64,000 nt of DNA. It comes from Chiloscyllium plagiosum. Its lineage: Eukaryota. The notes beneath the pieces were generated by a model that worked only from the letters and a program-made list of their open reading frames with translations, searched no databases and was not told the DNA's origin. Shown here piece by piece: positions 37,319 through 49,467 of this stretch (positions are counted from its first letter, which is position 1; each line of letters starts with the position of its first letter). The stretch spans positions 1,408,346-1,472,345 of the forward strand of contig NC_057718.1 in assembly GCF_004010195.1 (NCBI RefSeq), written 5' to 3'. Made by a program: the position numbers and the translations under genes.

Positions 37319-37455
37319 TAACAGGATATTGCCTGGGCTGGAGAGTTTTAATTATGAAAAAAGATTGGATAGATGAGTTGTTTTTCTTGGAGCAGAGGAG
37401 ATGGGGTGGGGGGGGGGGGGGGCGGGGGGAGCATGATTGAGTTGTACAAAATTAT

Positions 37456-37583
37456 TCCTGAAGAAGGGCTCATGCCCGAAACGTCGATTCTCCTGCTCCT
37501 TGGATGCTGCCTGACCTGCTGCGCTTTTCCAACAACACATTTTCAGCTCTAATCTCCAGCATCTGCAGTCCTCACTTTCTCCA
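37456..37583 (+). mobile_element. Solo family-1 pLTR with intact hammerhead motif and 13-bp TSD
   Basis: TGTACAAAATTAT at 37443-37455 and 37584-37596; CTGAAGA-A-GGGC-TCAT-GCCC-GAAACGTC at 37458-37485. Confidence 0.85.
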
Positions 37584-40351
37584 TGTACAAAATTATGAAG
37601 GGCATACAGACAGTAGACAGGAAAGAATTTTTCCCCATGGATCAATGACTAGGAGTATCGATTTAAGGTGAGGGACAGGAGATTTGCAGAAAGAAAAAAT
37701 TCAGTCAGTGGATGGTGGAAATCTGGAACCCATTGCATGAAACCGTCATAGCATTGAGGAAGTATTTAGAAATGCTTCTGCAATGCCATGGTATTTTAAG
37801 GCTATGGCTGAAAAAAGGGTTCAGAATGGTTGGTGGTTGTTTTTTAATAGCGTAGTCATGATGGCCAAAGGACCTTTTTTGGTGCTGTAGACCTCTGTGA
37901 CTATATGACATATGATGTCACAGAAATTCAGAGGTAAATTCTGTCTGCACACTGCTACCTTTCAAACCACCATTTCTGCACAAAAAATGCAAATTTTGTC
38001 TGATTTTCTTTCAAAGTCTGCAGTATTGTACCTCTACTTTTGAATATATAATCTAGCTTTGTGGGGCAAAGTGGCTGGCAAGTTATTCTTCACTCATAAT
38101 TCATTTAAAATAGGGAAGGGAAATCAAGCAGAATTTCCACCCTTTGGCATGATCCAGGACAGAGTGAACTCCACAGCCATGTTCACTGCAATACTCACTG
38201 CGTAACTCTGTATAGGACGGCCCATTCAAGTGGAGCTCAGAATTCAGGACTCCAAATGATGGAGGAAGAAAATCATTGGCAAAAAAAAATGTGAGACTAA
38301 ATCTGAAATTAACTGTATCAAAGTAAGGAGAGTTATGCAATTTACTCGCTGTGAAATTCATATCACATGATTACCACCAAATCACTGAACGTGACAGAAG
38401 GCAGCTCATCATCAATTCCTCAAGGGCAAGTAGGGATAGGAAATAATCCTGGCAATGCTCATATCCCATGAATGAACAAAAAAAGATTTCAGTGCATGTG
38501 TGTTTAATGGTTTCACCAACAGCTTTATATAAGTATATAAAAAGTAAAAGAATAGTGAAGTAAATGCTGGCCCTTTAGAGGATGGATATGGCAACGTAAT
38601 ACTGGGAAACTCAGAAATGGGAAGATACTAACTCAAATTTTGACTCTGTTTTCACAGTGGAAGATAATTTCTTTCCAGAAACTGCAGTGATTACAGAGGA
38701 ACTTGATGAAATTACTATAAACTAGGGAGAAGATATTAAGTAAACTGATAGGACGAAAGGCAGATAAGTCCCTGGAGCATGATAACCTGCACCCCATGGT
38801 ATTAAGAGAAGTTGCAGCAGAGCAAGTGGATGCAGTAGTTATGGTTTTCCAAAATTCTCTAGATTCCGGAAAGGTACTAGTGGATTGGAAACATTGACCA
38901 GTGTCAGCACGGTTTCATGAAGGGCAAGTTGTGCTTGACAAACTTGCTGGAGTTTCTTAAGGATGTAACAGCAAGGAGGATAATGGGGATCCAGTTGATG
39001 TGCTATATCAAGACTTCCAGATGGCATTAGACAAAGGTGCCACATAAAAGACTGATCCAGAAGGTTAGATCCCAGGAGGGTAGACTATTGGCTTGGATAG
39101 AGAGTTGGCTGACTGACAGAAAATAGATAAATGGGTCCTTCTCTGGATGGCAAACTGTAAGTAGTGGCCTACTGCAGGACCTCAACTAATTACAATCTAC
39201 ATATATATATGTTCTGCAAGCAGGGACAGAATGTAAACATAGCAAAGTTTTTGGATAAGACTAAAACATGAGGATGAGGAAGTAAAGAGTTTACAGTTGG
39301 ATATTGATAAGATTGGAGAGTGGGCCTGAATTTGGCAGATAGAGTTTAATCTGGATAAGTGTGAGGTCATCCACTTTGGCCGGAACAATAAAAGGACAAA
39401 TTAGTATTTAAATGGGAAGCAAATTCCAAATGTTTCAGTGCAGAGGGATTGGGGCATTTTTGTGCATGAAAATAATAAGAAAGACAAATGGAATTCTGGC
39501 ATTAATTGCAAAAGGACTGGATTATAAAAGTGAAGAAAAGTTGTTACAATGATATAAGGTATTGTGAGACCACAGTTGGACTATTGTGTCCACTTCTGGT
39601 CTCCCCACTTGAGGAAGGATGTGGTGGCACAGGAAGCAGTTCAGAGGAGCTTCACCAGATTGATTCTAGGGATGAAAGAGCCGTCATATGAGGAGCAGTT
39701 GCATAGCCTGGGGTTGTACCCATGGAGTTCAGAAGAATGAAGGGAGATCTGATTGAAGTATATAGAATGCTAAACGGGTTTGATAAGGTGGACATTGATC
39801 AGATGCTCCCCGCTGTGGCTCAGTCTTGAGCAAGAGGTCACAGATATAACAGTGAGAGGAGGTAAGTTCAAACCTGAGCTGAGGAGAAACTACTTCTCCC
39901 AGAGGGTTGTGAATCTGTGGAACTCACTGCCCCAGAGCACAGTAGGGACAGAATCAATCAACAAAATCAAGAAAGGAATAGATGTGTTTCTGATGAAAAG
40001 TGGGCTATGGGGAGCAGGCAGGAAAGTGGAGTTGAGACTGGAATAAGTTCATCCATGATCATGTTAAATTGCAGAGTGGGCTCGAAGGGGTGAATTACCC
40101 ATTCCCAGTCTTGATTCTGATGTTCATATATCAGCATATAATGCATCAGTCTCTGAAATTAATGCCTATCCCTACACAGATCCCCAACAGGGTATGTCAA
40201 TGTTTACTGAACAGCACTGCCAGAGCCCTAGACAGGATAGATCGGTGCTTAGTAAATTGCACTACCGGGATCGCAGACAGGATAGATCAGTATTTAGCAG
40301 ACAGCACTGGTCAGATGTAAAACTGATTTGCAGGTCCTTCATCTCCCATAC

Positions 40352-40479
40352 CCATAACGGTGCCTGGCCACATCTCTGCTGAGCCTCTCTGCGAGATATG
40401 CACCAATGCGGTCCAGTTTCTCCGGAGCAGACAGTGCATAAAATGTCAACTTCTCCATGTTGGCTTTCACCAACCCATC
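40352..40479 (-). CDS. EFR3B: EFR3B coding exon 3 (128 bp)
   Basis: DGLVKANMEKLTFYALSAPEKLDRIGAYLAERLSRDVARHRY(G); AG/GT boundaries; phase continuous with neighbouring exons. Confidence 0.96.
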
Positions 40480-40704
40480 CTGTAAAAGAATAAACAGGGT
40501 GAATCAGGACTAAATATAGTTAATTTCTCCAAAATCAAACACACAGCAAACCTGTGCTAGACTCTCAATGTAGATGAAGCTGGGCCTAGACATGTTTAGC
40601 CTGGACTCTGACAGTCTCTCAATTCCATTCTAATTTCTAGTTTATTTCTTTGGATGATCACATACTATATCAAAGTGTCTCATTAAAAATGCATGAGCTA
40701 CAGA

Positions 40705-40925
40705 CAGATGGTATGCAGAATAAAGCTCTCTCAATATTGTCCCTGGGTTAGATACAGACTAAAGTTCCCTTTACACTGTCCCTATCAAACATTCCCAGGT
40801 AAGGAACAGCACAAGACTAGATATAGAGTAAAGTTCCTTCGACACTGTCCCAATCAAACACTCCCAATATAGCCTGGGTTTAGAGACAGGGAAAACTTCC
40901 TCTATACTGTCTCCCTCAAGCATTC
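40705..40925 (+). repeat. Degenerate ~70-bp tandem repeat; related copies at 42335-42460
   Basis: Repeated TAGATACAGAGTAAAG(C/T)TCCCT..ACACTGTCCC..TCAAACA.TCCCA units. Confidence 0.7.
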
Positions 40926-41053
40926 TCGGGGTGATTACAATAAGGGTAAGGTGCGAAGGTACAGGTAAAGATTAGGGAGTCATGGAAAAATGAATGAGGG
41001 AGAATAATGTTTAGTGAACTCTCTTGACCACAAGGTTCCATGATTGCATTGAG

Positions 41054-41173
41054 GAGAAAGTGAGGACAGCAGATACTGGAGATCAGAGTGGAGAGTGTGG
41101 TGCTGGAAGAGCACAGCTGGTCAGGCAGCATCTGCGGAGCAGGAAAATTGACATTTCAGGCATTACTCCTTCA
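41054..41173 (-). mobile_element. Solo family-1 pLTR with 17-bp TSD
   Basis: TCCATGA(T/C)TGCATTGAG at 41037-41053 and 41174-41190. Confidence 0.8.
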
Positions 41174-41673
41174 TCCATGACTGCATTGAGTAAAATTATC
41201 TGATTTCAGAGCAACAGTTTGGGCCTTACATAATTGATATCTAAACTCTGGATAGAAGCAGATTAAAAGATCAAAATTGATAGAAGATAATAACCTAAAC
41301 AGATTCTCTCCTCATTGGACATCTTTGGGAATCAGTGCCTAATCCTGACATCTGAATCCATTTGGACAATGTATGGTGGTTGATGGGCGCTGATTTCAGG
41401 AGTTTATGGTTCTTCCATAAAGAGTGGAAGGGGACAGTAGCCAATTTGAAATGGGGAGAAAGCTTGTGGAATAAACTTGGAGATCATTGTAAACAGAAAT
41501 CTTTGCCCTGACTTTCTGGGCATACGACCTGCCCTGGACATTCTGAACCATGCACAACAAAAATCACAGTTAAATGCTTTAGCAAGCGCTCTGCTCTGTA
41601 GCATCAAAGTAAGTGTACAATTGATCATTCAATCTTACAAATCAGTACTCTAAATAAAGGGGCAGAAGGTTAC

Positions 41674-41750
41674 CTCAGCATCTTCAGGGAAGATGTTGTC
41701 CACTAGTCTCTTATACCGTGGGCGAAGAGCTCCACAACAGCCACAGACAC
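41674..41750 (-). CDS. EFR3B: EFR3B coding exon 2 (77 bp), N-terminal palmitoylated Cys cluster
   Basis: Reverse strand reads (G)VCGCCGALRPRYKRLVDNIFPEDAE; AG acceptor at 41752-41751, GT donor at 41673-41672; matches the recalled EFR3B N-terminus MYGVCGCCGALRPRYKRLVDNIFPED. Confidence 0.96.
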
Positions 41751-42282
41751 CTGACAGGAAGTACAAGCATTGGTGACCCAGTTAACAAAGCACTGTGCAA
41801 TGTCCTCAGGCAAAAATACTGCAGTAAAAGTACAACAGGTGGTTTAAGGATTGTCTCTGGTCATAACATAATGTGACTTTTACAACAGAATATAAACAAT
41901 GTGAACATTGGCTACACAGTGGCTCACAAACAATGCAGTATCAGAATGATTGTAACAGCATTAGAAATAATTGAAAACATTTCCCCAATACAGCAGATTG
42001 ACACACGTAAACATTGATCCAACAGAAAGCCATTGAGGCTAAAACACTGAATGTTTTCAAGGAAAAGGTAGATATAGTTCTTCGGGCGAAAGGGATCAAA
42101 GAGTAGTGAGTTAGAAGCTCAGCCATGATCATATTGAAGAGTAGAGCAGGGTCAAAGGGTTCCTACTCTTATTTTCTATGTTGTTATGTTTAATAGATTT
42201 GTCACTCAATAATAATGCCCTTTCCCATACATAGTCACCAACCTCTGGGAAATTCATTATCATCCTCCCTTCAAACCCACTT

Positions 42283-42313
42283 CCAGCACCAGCACCAGCA
42301 CCAGCACCAGCAC
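42283..42313 (+). repeat. (CCAGCA)n microsatellite
   Basis: Five tandem copies. Confidence 0.9.
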
Positions 42314-43769
42314 AACTCAAAGCAACGGAAAACTACAGCACAGGACCAGATATAGAGTATAGCTCTTTCGACACTGTTCCATCAAACTCTCCAAGGATAG
42401 GGACATCATGAGGTTCGATACAGAGTAAGGGACTTCTACACTGTCTTTCAAACACCTTCAAAAGTTTGTAAATCATTACAAACTTTATAACAGCTAATTT
42501 GTTGATTAGACATATCAATTCCCCCATTAAAAAAAACAGTAGCTCATTTAAAAGACTTTTTATATTAATCTGTGGGATGTGGGTATTGCTGGTTTGTCAG
42601 CATCTATTGCGCGTCCCTAGCTGCCCTTGAGAAAGTGATGATGAGCTGTCTTCTTGAACCCCTGCAGTCCACCCACTGTGGGTTGACCCACAATGCCCTT
42701 CAGGAGGGAACTCCAGAATGTTTACCCAGCGACACTGAAGGAACAGAGATATATTTCCAAGTCAGGATGGTGAGTGGCCTGGAGGGGAACTTGAAGGTGG
42801 TGGATTCCCATGTATCTGCTATCCTTGCCCTTCTAGACAGAACTGGTTATGGGGTTTGGAAGGTGCTATCTGAGGATCTTTGAAGAATTTTCTCAGTGCA
42901 TCTTGTAGATTGTTCCAAATTTTAAAATAAACTTCATTCATTGTATGCAGAGTCAATTACTTGAAATATTTTTGACAAGGGGATTGGATCAGTATTTGTA
43001 AATCAATAGTTTAGATTGGAAAGGATTGATAAAAGATATTTAGACTAACATCAGAACTAGAGTGAAGGCCTAAGTAATATCCTTTGCTGTAATTTGTGAG
43101 ATTTTATGAAATCCAGTTTCTTATTGATTGTATTCTATGAACTGCATTCCACAACTCCGCCTATCTTTCTGTAAAAACTCAACAAAACAATGGGCTCACA
43201 TATAACTTGGATTCCCAATACTTGGAATGTTCACACAGCTGCTCGCCTCTGTACCCTTTCAAGGGCATCCTGTTGTCAGCAATTCTATTTCAAGAAACCG
43301 TATCAGCAGTTTCCAGCTGAACAAAGATGCTGTGTTTGCACTAAGATTGATGCTGCCTTCTCTGAGAAAGTAAAACAATTGTTGGAGGTCGCAATCTTGA
43401 AGTTCAAAGGTGACATTAGATGATCAGGGACGAAGTGTCATTGAAATGCACTTCTGTATTTGATTTGGAATTTTATTTTTAAAATGCAATAAATAGTTTC
43501 TAAATCTGATTGTGTAGTTTTGCTGCATTGTACTGTCCTCCACTGTGGCAGAGAGGTAGAGAATTGAAGAGAGTACCTTGTTAGCTATAATTATAGCTGC
43601 ACCACTCACTGAGCTCTTTACATCGTAGAGTTATAAAGCACAGAGGTAGATCAGTCCAAATCAGATATTAACTGTGAAGAATGAGCTATCCAGTTAGTTC
43701 CACTCCACTGTTCTGTTCCTAGAACTGTAAATTTCTCCTTTTCAAGTAAAGAGTCTTTTGAAAGTTATT

Positions 43770-46700
43770 AACACCACAAGACCATGACATGTATAAGTTG
43801 AAGTAGGCTATTCAGCCCATCGATACTGTTCCACAATTCAAAGAAATCAGGGCTAATCTGATCATCCTAAACCTTCCCCATAACCCTTGATTCCCTTACT
43901 GATTAACAATCTATCTCAGCCTTGAACATACTTAATAACCAATCCACGACACCACTCTGTGGTAAATATATTCCATAGAGTCACATGCCTCCGAGATAAG
44001 AAATTCTGTCTTGTCTTTGTATTAAGACCATAAAAATTAGGAAAAAGAGTAAGCTTGTTGAGCTTACTCCACCACTCAATAGGACCATAGTTGCTCCAGC
44101 ATTCCCCACATCCACTTTCCTGCCCTTTCTCCATTACCCTTGATTCCTTATTGATTGAGAATCCATTTATCTCAGTCTTAAATATACACAAGGACTCTGC
44201 CCCCACAGCTCTCTGTGGCAAGGAGTTTCAAAAACTCACAACCATCTGTGAGAACAAATTCTTCCTCATATCAGTCTTAAATTGGTACCTCAGACTATGC
44301 CCTCAGGTCCTTGACCCTCCCATTAAGGGAAACATCCATAATTAGGAGACCCCGCAGTCTGAGATTATGCCCTCTTGTCCCAGACTCTTCCATAAGTGGA
44401 AACAACACTCAGCATCGACCCTGTCAAATCCTTAAGAATTTGTATGTTTCAATATGGTCACCTCTTATTCTTCTAAACTCCAAAAGATAGAAGACCAAAT
44501 ACTCAATGGCTTAACATGCCCAGGAACAATCTAGTGAACATTCCTAGGACTGCCTCCAATGGCAGTACATCTTTCCTTAGATTAAGGGAACCAAAACTGT
44601 TCACAGTATTCAAGTTCTTTTATTACACTGTAATTTGTACACCACTGTGCCTATTGTCTTCATGTGTCAGGAATTGCTGTGCTGCCTTGCGTGTTTTGCA
44701 CTTCTTATGCACTTTACGTCGCTCTGTCTATGATTGTGTAGTTTGTGCTTTCCATGTAGCACCTTGGTCCTGGAGAAACGCTGTCTCATTTTTACTGCAT
44801 CTGTTGCATATGGTAGAAATGACAAATAAAGCTACCCTTGACTCTTGACTTGCAAAGTTTTAGCAAGAACTCCCTCTTTTTATCATCCATTTCCTTTGAA
44901 ATAGAGACCAACATTCTACTTGCCTTCCTTATTATCTAGTTAACTTGTATGCCAGCATTTTGTGATTCATACACAAAGACTTCAATGAAGATCAAGCTGT
45001 GCTGCTGCTTTCTGCAGTCATTCACTATTTAATTATTCAGCTACTCTGTTCTTCCTGCCAAACTGCATACCTCACATTTCCTGTATTATATTCCATCTGT
45101 TAAGTTTTTACCCACTCAATTAATCTGTCTTTACCTGTCTGTATCATCAACATTTGGTCTCCCACCTATTTATGTACCAGTTGCAAACCTTGCAATAGTA
45201 CATTCACTTTCCTCATCCAAATTATTTCTATATATTCTAAATAATTGTGGCCTCAGCACTGTACCTTGTGGCACCCCATTAGTCACAGGTTCTAATCCTG
45301 AAAATGCCCCTCTAATCCCAATTCTCTGTTTTGTATTAGTTAGTTAATCCTCTGTCCATGCTCATATATTACCCCCAATCTCAAAGGCATTTGGAAATCA
45401 AAACATATTACATCTACAGGTCTCACTTTAACTATCCTGCTTGTTACCTCCTCAAAGAATTCTAATAAATGTCAGATATGATTTCTCCTTTAATAAGATA
45501 TGCTGATCCTGCGTGATTATATTATGGATTTCTAAATATAATGTTATTACATCCTTTATAATACACCCTAATATTCCCCCAATAACTGACACTAAACTGA
45601 CAGGCCTACGGTTACCATTTTTTGTCCCCCTCCTTTTTTGAATGAGGGAGTCTCCAATCTTTTGGAACTTTTCCTGAATCAAAATATTATTGGAAGATTA
45701 CTACTAGTATACAGTCGGTTCTGCTATAATGTACGTTTCTTCAACGCAAATTGGCTTTAACACGATTGAAGAATTTAGACTGTCATTTGTAGAATGTGAA
45801 CTTTCCTTACCTATATTGTCTATAACATGATTCTGGCCGCATTGGTTTGGATGTTGTGGCTATTGCACGATTTTCGTATAATGCGAGATCACACAAGAAC
45901 AGAATTATCATATTATATCATAACCGATTGTATTTACTATCTCTGCAGTATTGCCCTCTAATATCCAAGGATGCAACTTCTCAGATTCATGACAGTTATC
46001 AGCTTTTAGCTCCATTAGTTTCCTTTTTTGCCTCTGGTGATAGCTATTACATTTATTTTCCAATCCTCATTTTAGCCCCTTCACATTTTAGTCTTTTTGA
46101 ATGCTTTTACTTCTTCTACTGGAGACTGATGAAAAGTACTTATTCAATTCCCCTGCCATTTCCTGGTTCCTGATTATTATTTCCCCATCCTCATTATCTA
46201 AGGACCTATGCTTACATTGGTCTCTTGCTTTCTTTCTTGATATTTAAAGCTCTTAATGTCAGTTTTGATATGACTTGCTCATTTATCCTCAAACTTTACT
46301 TTCTCCCTGCAGTCACATTTACCAGTCCCTGATCATAGATTAAATTTGAATTATGTAATCTGAGGGCATGCTGCCTCCTGGAGCCAAGCGTCCAGGAAAC
46401 TTTCCCCTCCCTAACTTGATGCAATGTTTGCAGTTTGGACTCCAGCTCCTCAATTGAGAACCTATATTCCTCATACTGCAAGCATTTAGTACAGATGTGA
46501 TCATCATTGATTGCTTATATGACCAGCAGCTCCCATATGCTATAGCAACAACACACCATCTATTGCTCCAAACTATCATATTTTATTTAATGTATTTATT
46601 AATTAATTACTCTAGTATCCCTGCTACTTATATTTGAAAAATCCACTGCTCTTTACACTTTGTAGTAATTAACGTTATTACATTAATTTCAATCTTATAT

Positions 46701-48150
46701 TTAACTTACATTATATCAGCTTCCATCACCATTTCAAGCAATAAATTCCCAATCACAATGTTACGAGGTTCTTTGGCCAATTATTTTCAATACATGTCTT
46801 CTGATAATTAAACAACCTGCCAATGCAAACAGCTTCCCCTCTTTACTCTATCAAATGATTTTGAAAGCTACTATTAAATGTTGCATCATCTCTTTGATCT
46901 ACAGTAAACAATTGTTGCTTCTCCACAAAGCTGGATTCTTTCATCCCTAGTAGCATTACGGCAAGATATATGAAAAAGAAACCATGTTTGATAAATCGAC
47001 TGGAATTTTTCAAGGATGTAACGGGTAAAATTGATCGGAGGGGAGTCCACAGTGAATGTGGTTTACTTGGCTTTTGATAATAATTTGCAAAGTAAAATTA
47101 AAGCGATGGGGGTTGTGGATTGATATTCATTGGGAACTGGCTGGCAGACAGAATAAATGGGTCTTTTTCCGAATCACAGCCAGTGATCAGTGGGGTGCCA
47201 TCAGTGGACTTCACCTATTCACAATATATATTACTTGTTTGAATGAGGGAACGGAATGTAATATCTCCATTTGTAGATGACACAAAGCTGGATGGAGGAA
47301 AAAGTGAGGGGAATGCATAGATTCTTTAATGGAATTGGACAAGTTGAGTGAGTGAGCAAATGCTTGGCAGATGCAGTACAATGTGGACAAATGTGAGGTT
47401 ATCCACTTTGGCCATAAAAACAGGAAGGTGAATTATTATCTGAATTGTGATAGATTGAGAAAGCAGGAGGTGCAACAGGTCCTGGATGCAATTATACACC
47501 ATTCGCTAAAAGTAAGCATGTAGCTACAGCAGGCGCTGAAGAGGCAAATGGTATGTTGGACTTTATAGTGAGAGGATTTGAGTACAGGAGCGGGAATGTC
47601 TTGCTGCAATCATAACTCCTGAGATGGCAGGATTGATGAAGAGAATTTGGATCAGTTCGGACAATATTCACTGGAGTTTAGAAGAATGAGGGTTGATCTA
47701 ATAGAATCATATAAAATTCTAACAGGGAATCTCTTAGAAATTTGTAAAATTCTAACAAGACTAGACAGGGTAAATGCAGGAAGGATGTTTCCGATGACTG
47801 GGAAGCCCAGAACCAGGAGTCATAGAGTCACCGAGCACGGAAACAGACACTTCAGTCCAACTCATCCATGCTGAGTAACAGTCAAAGAATATGGGGTAGG
47901 CCATTTAGGACCAAGATGAGGAAAAATCTCTTCACCCATACAATGAGAAGCTTGTGGAATTCTTTGCCACTGAAACCAAGGGGATAAATTTAGTTCTTTG
48001 GGCTAGGGGGATCAAAGAGAAAGGGAAGAAAGCGCATTGATTAAAGGGTATTGTAAGATACTGAAAGTGTACTAAGTTGTTATCAGCCATGATCACACTG
48101 AGTTACAGAGCAGGCTCGAAAGGCAAAATGGCTTATTCCTGCTCATATTC
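43770..48150. mobile_element. Degraded CR1 copies (minus 43770-46590, plus 46980-48150) with nested inserts
   Basis: CR1 tails, RRMRVDLIESYKILTG, and an ORF1-like LESKLQTL segment. Confidence 0.7.
45712..45930. mobile_element. Tc1/mariner (Tigger/pogo-like) MITE, 219 bp
   Basis: TA|CAGTCGGTTCTGCTATAA ... TTATATCATAACCGATTG|TA: imperfect TIRs (15/18) with TA target duplication. Confidence 0.8.
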
Positions 48151-48161
48151 CTGCACATCTT

Positions 48162-48487
48162 GGGTGGCATGGTGGCTCAGTGTTCAGCACTGCTGCCTCA
48201 CATCACCAGGGTCCCAGGCTTGATTCCCACCTTGGGTGACAGTCTGTGTGAAGTTTGCACATTCTCCCTGTGTCTGTGGGTTTCCTCCAGATGCTCTGGT
48301 TTCCTCCCACAATCCAAAGTTGTGCAGGTCAAGTGAATTGGTCATGCTAAATTGCCCACAGTGTTAGGTGCATTAGTCAGGGATAATATAGGGTAGGAGA
48401 CTGGGTCTGGGTGGGTTACTCTTCAGAGGGTCAGTGTGGATTTGTTGGGTCAAATTGCCTGTTTCCATACTGTAAGGAATCTAATCT
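48162..48487 (+). mobile_element. HE1-like V-SINE (tRNA-derived); partial copy at 32490-32745
   Basis: GGTGGCTCAGTG A-box, TTGATTCC B-box-like motif, and V-domain-like GTTTGCACATTCTCC...GGGTTTCCTCC...GGTTTCCTCCCACAATCCAAAG. Confidence 0.82.
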
Positions 48488-49467
48488 ATATTTTTTCTGA
48501 GTTTCCTCTGCATCACCTCTCTGATCTTAATATCACTATTACCATGCCTTTCCTGATCAGAATGTAAAACTCCAACTGGGCTCTCACCAATTATTATAAT
48601 TTTTTTTACTTACATTCTCTATAGCTCTATTTAAAACGTACAGGAACTTGTAGACAGCGTTCTCAACCTATTGTGTCACCTCCAAAGATTTCTGTTCATG
48701 CACTTTTAGGCTTCTCTGTTCCTACACTTCTTCTAACTGCACCTTTTAGTTCAAGTTGCTTCCCCACATTCTTTCTACCAAAATACATAATCACATCTCC
48801 TATTGTCTTCCCATATCACCCATCTATACATTTTCTTCTAAAATCTGCTACAATCCTTTACACTGTTTACCATATTTTTGAGTTTTCTGTCACCTGCAAA
48901 GCTAATGCCGAGGTCAGTAACATAAGAATGTAAGAAATCAGAACAATTGTCCACACAGCTCCTCAAGGATGCTTCACTATTCAGAAAATTATGGTTAACC
49001 CTTGACCTAACCTTCATTTTCCTTCCCTATCCCCTCATAAATTATAAGAAATAGGAACAGAACTCGGTTGTTTAGCCCATTAAGCCTGCATTCGATAAGA
49101 TCATGACTGACAGATTGCAGCCTTATCTCGACTTAATTGCTTCTCCCCCTTAACCCTCAACTCCCGTGTTGATCAAAAACTCATCGAACTCGGATGAAAT
49201 ATATTCAACAATCGAGCTTCCACTGCTTGATGGGGAAGTTAATTCTGAAACTAAAGGCCCTCTGAAAGAATTCCTCCTCATCTCCAGTTTAAATGGGAGA
49301 TGATTTTGTTTCTAAAATGGCGACATCAGGTTCTAAATTCTTCAGAGGAAATATCATCCCAGCATTCATCCTGTCGAGTTCTCTGAGAATCTTATATGTT
49401 TCAATAAGGTCATCTCTTTTTTTTTCTAAACTCAAATGAATATAGGCCCAGCCTCTTCCCAGGAATG

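Larger units (their letters stand above)
35580..40110 (+). mobile_element. Two degraded CR1 copies (about 35580-37890 and 38500-40110) with pLTR inserts
   Basis: NYSPVSLAS, YLDFSKVFEKVPH and YFSQRVVNLWNSLP. Confidence 0.8.

Noticed and set aside
33073..41750. Assignment of the minus-strand exons to EFR3A
   Set aside because: GVCGCCGAL, CHCQSINLF and SYHRSYDFF, plus linkage to ADCY3, fit EFR3B.
48162..48240. tRNA gene
   Set aside because: It is the tRNA-derived head of a SINE, followed by the V-domain body; no intact cloverleaf.
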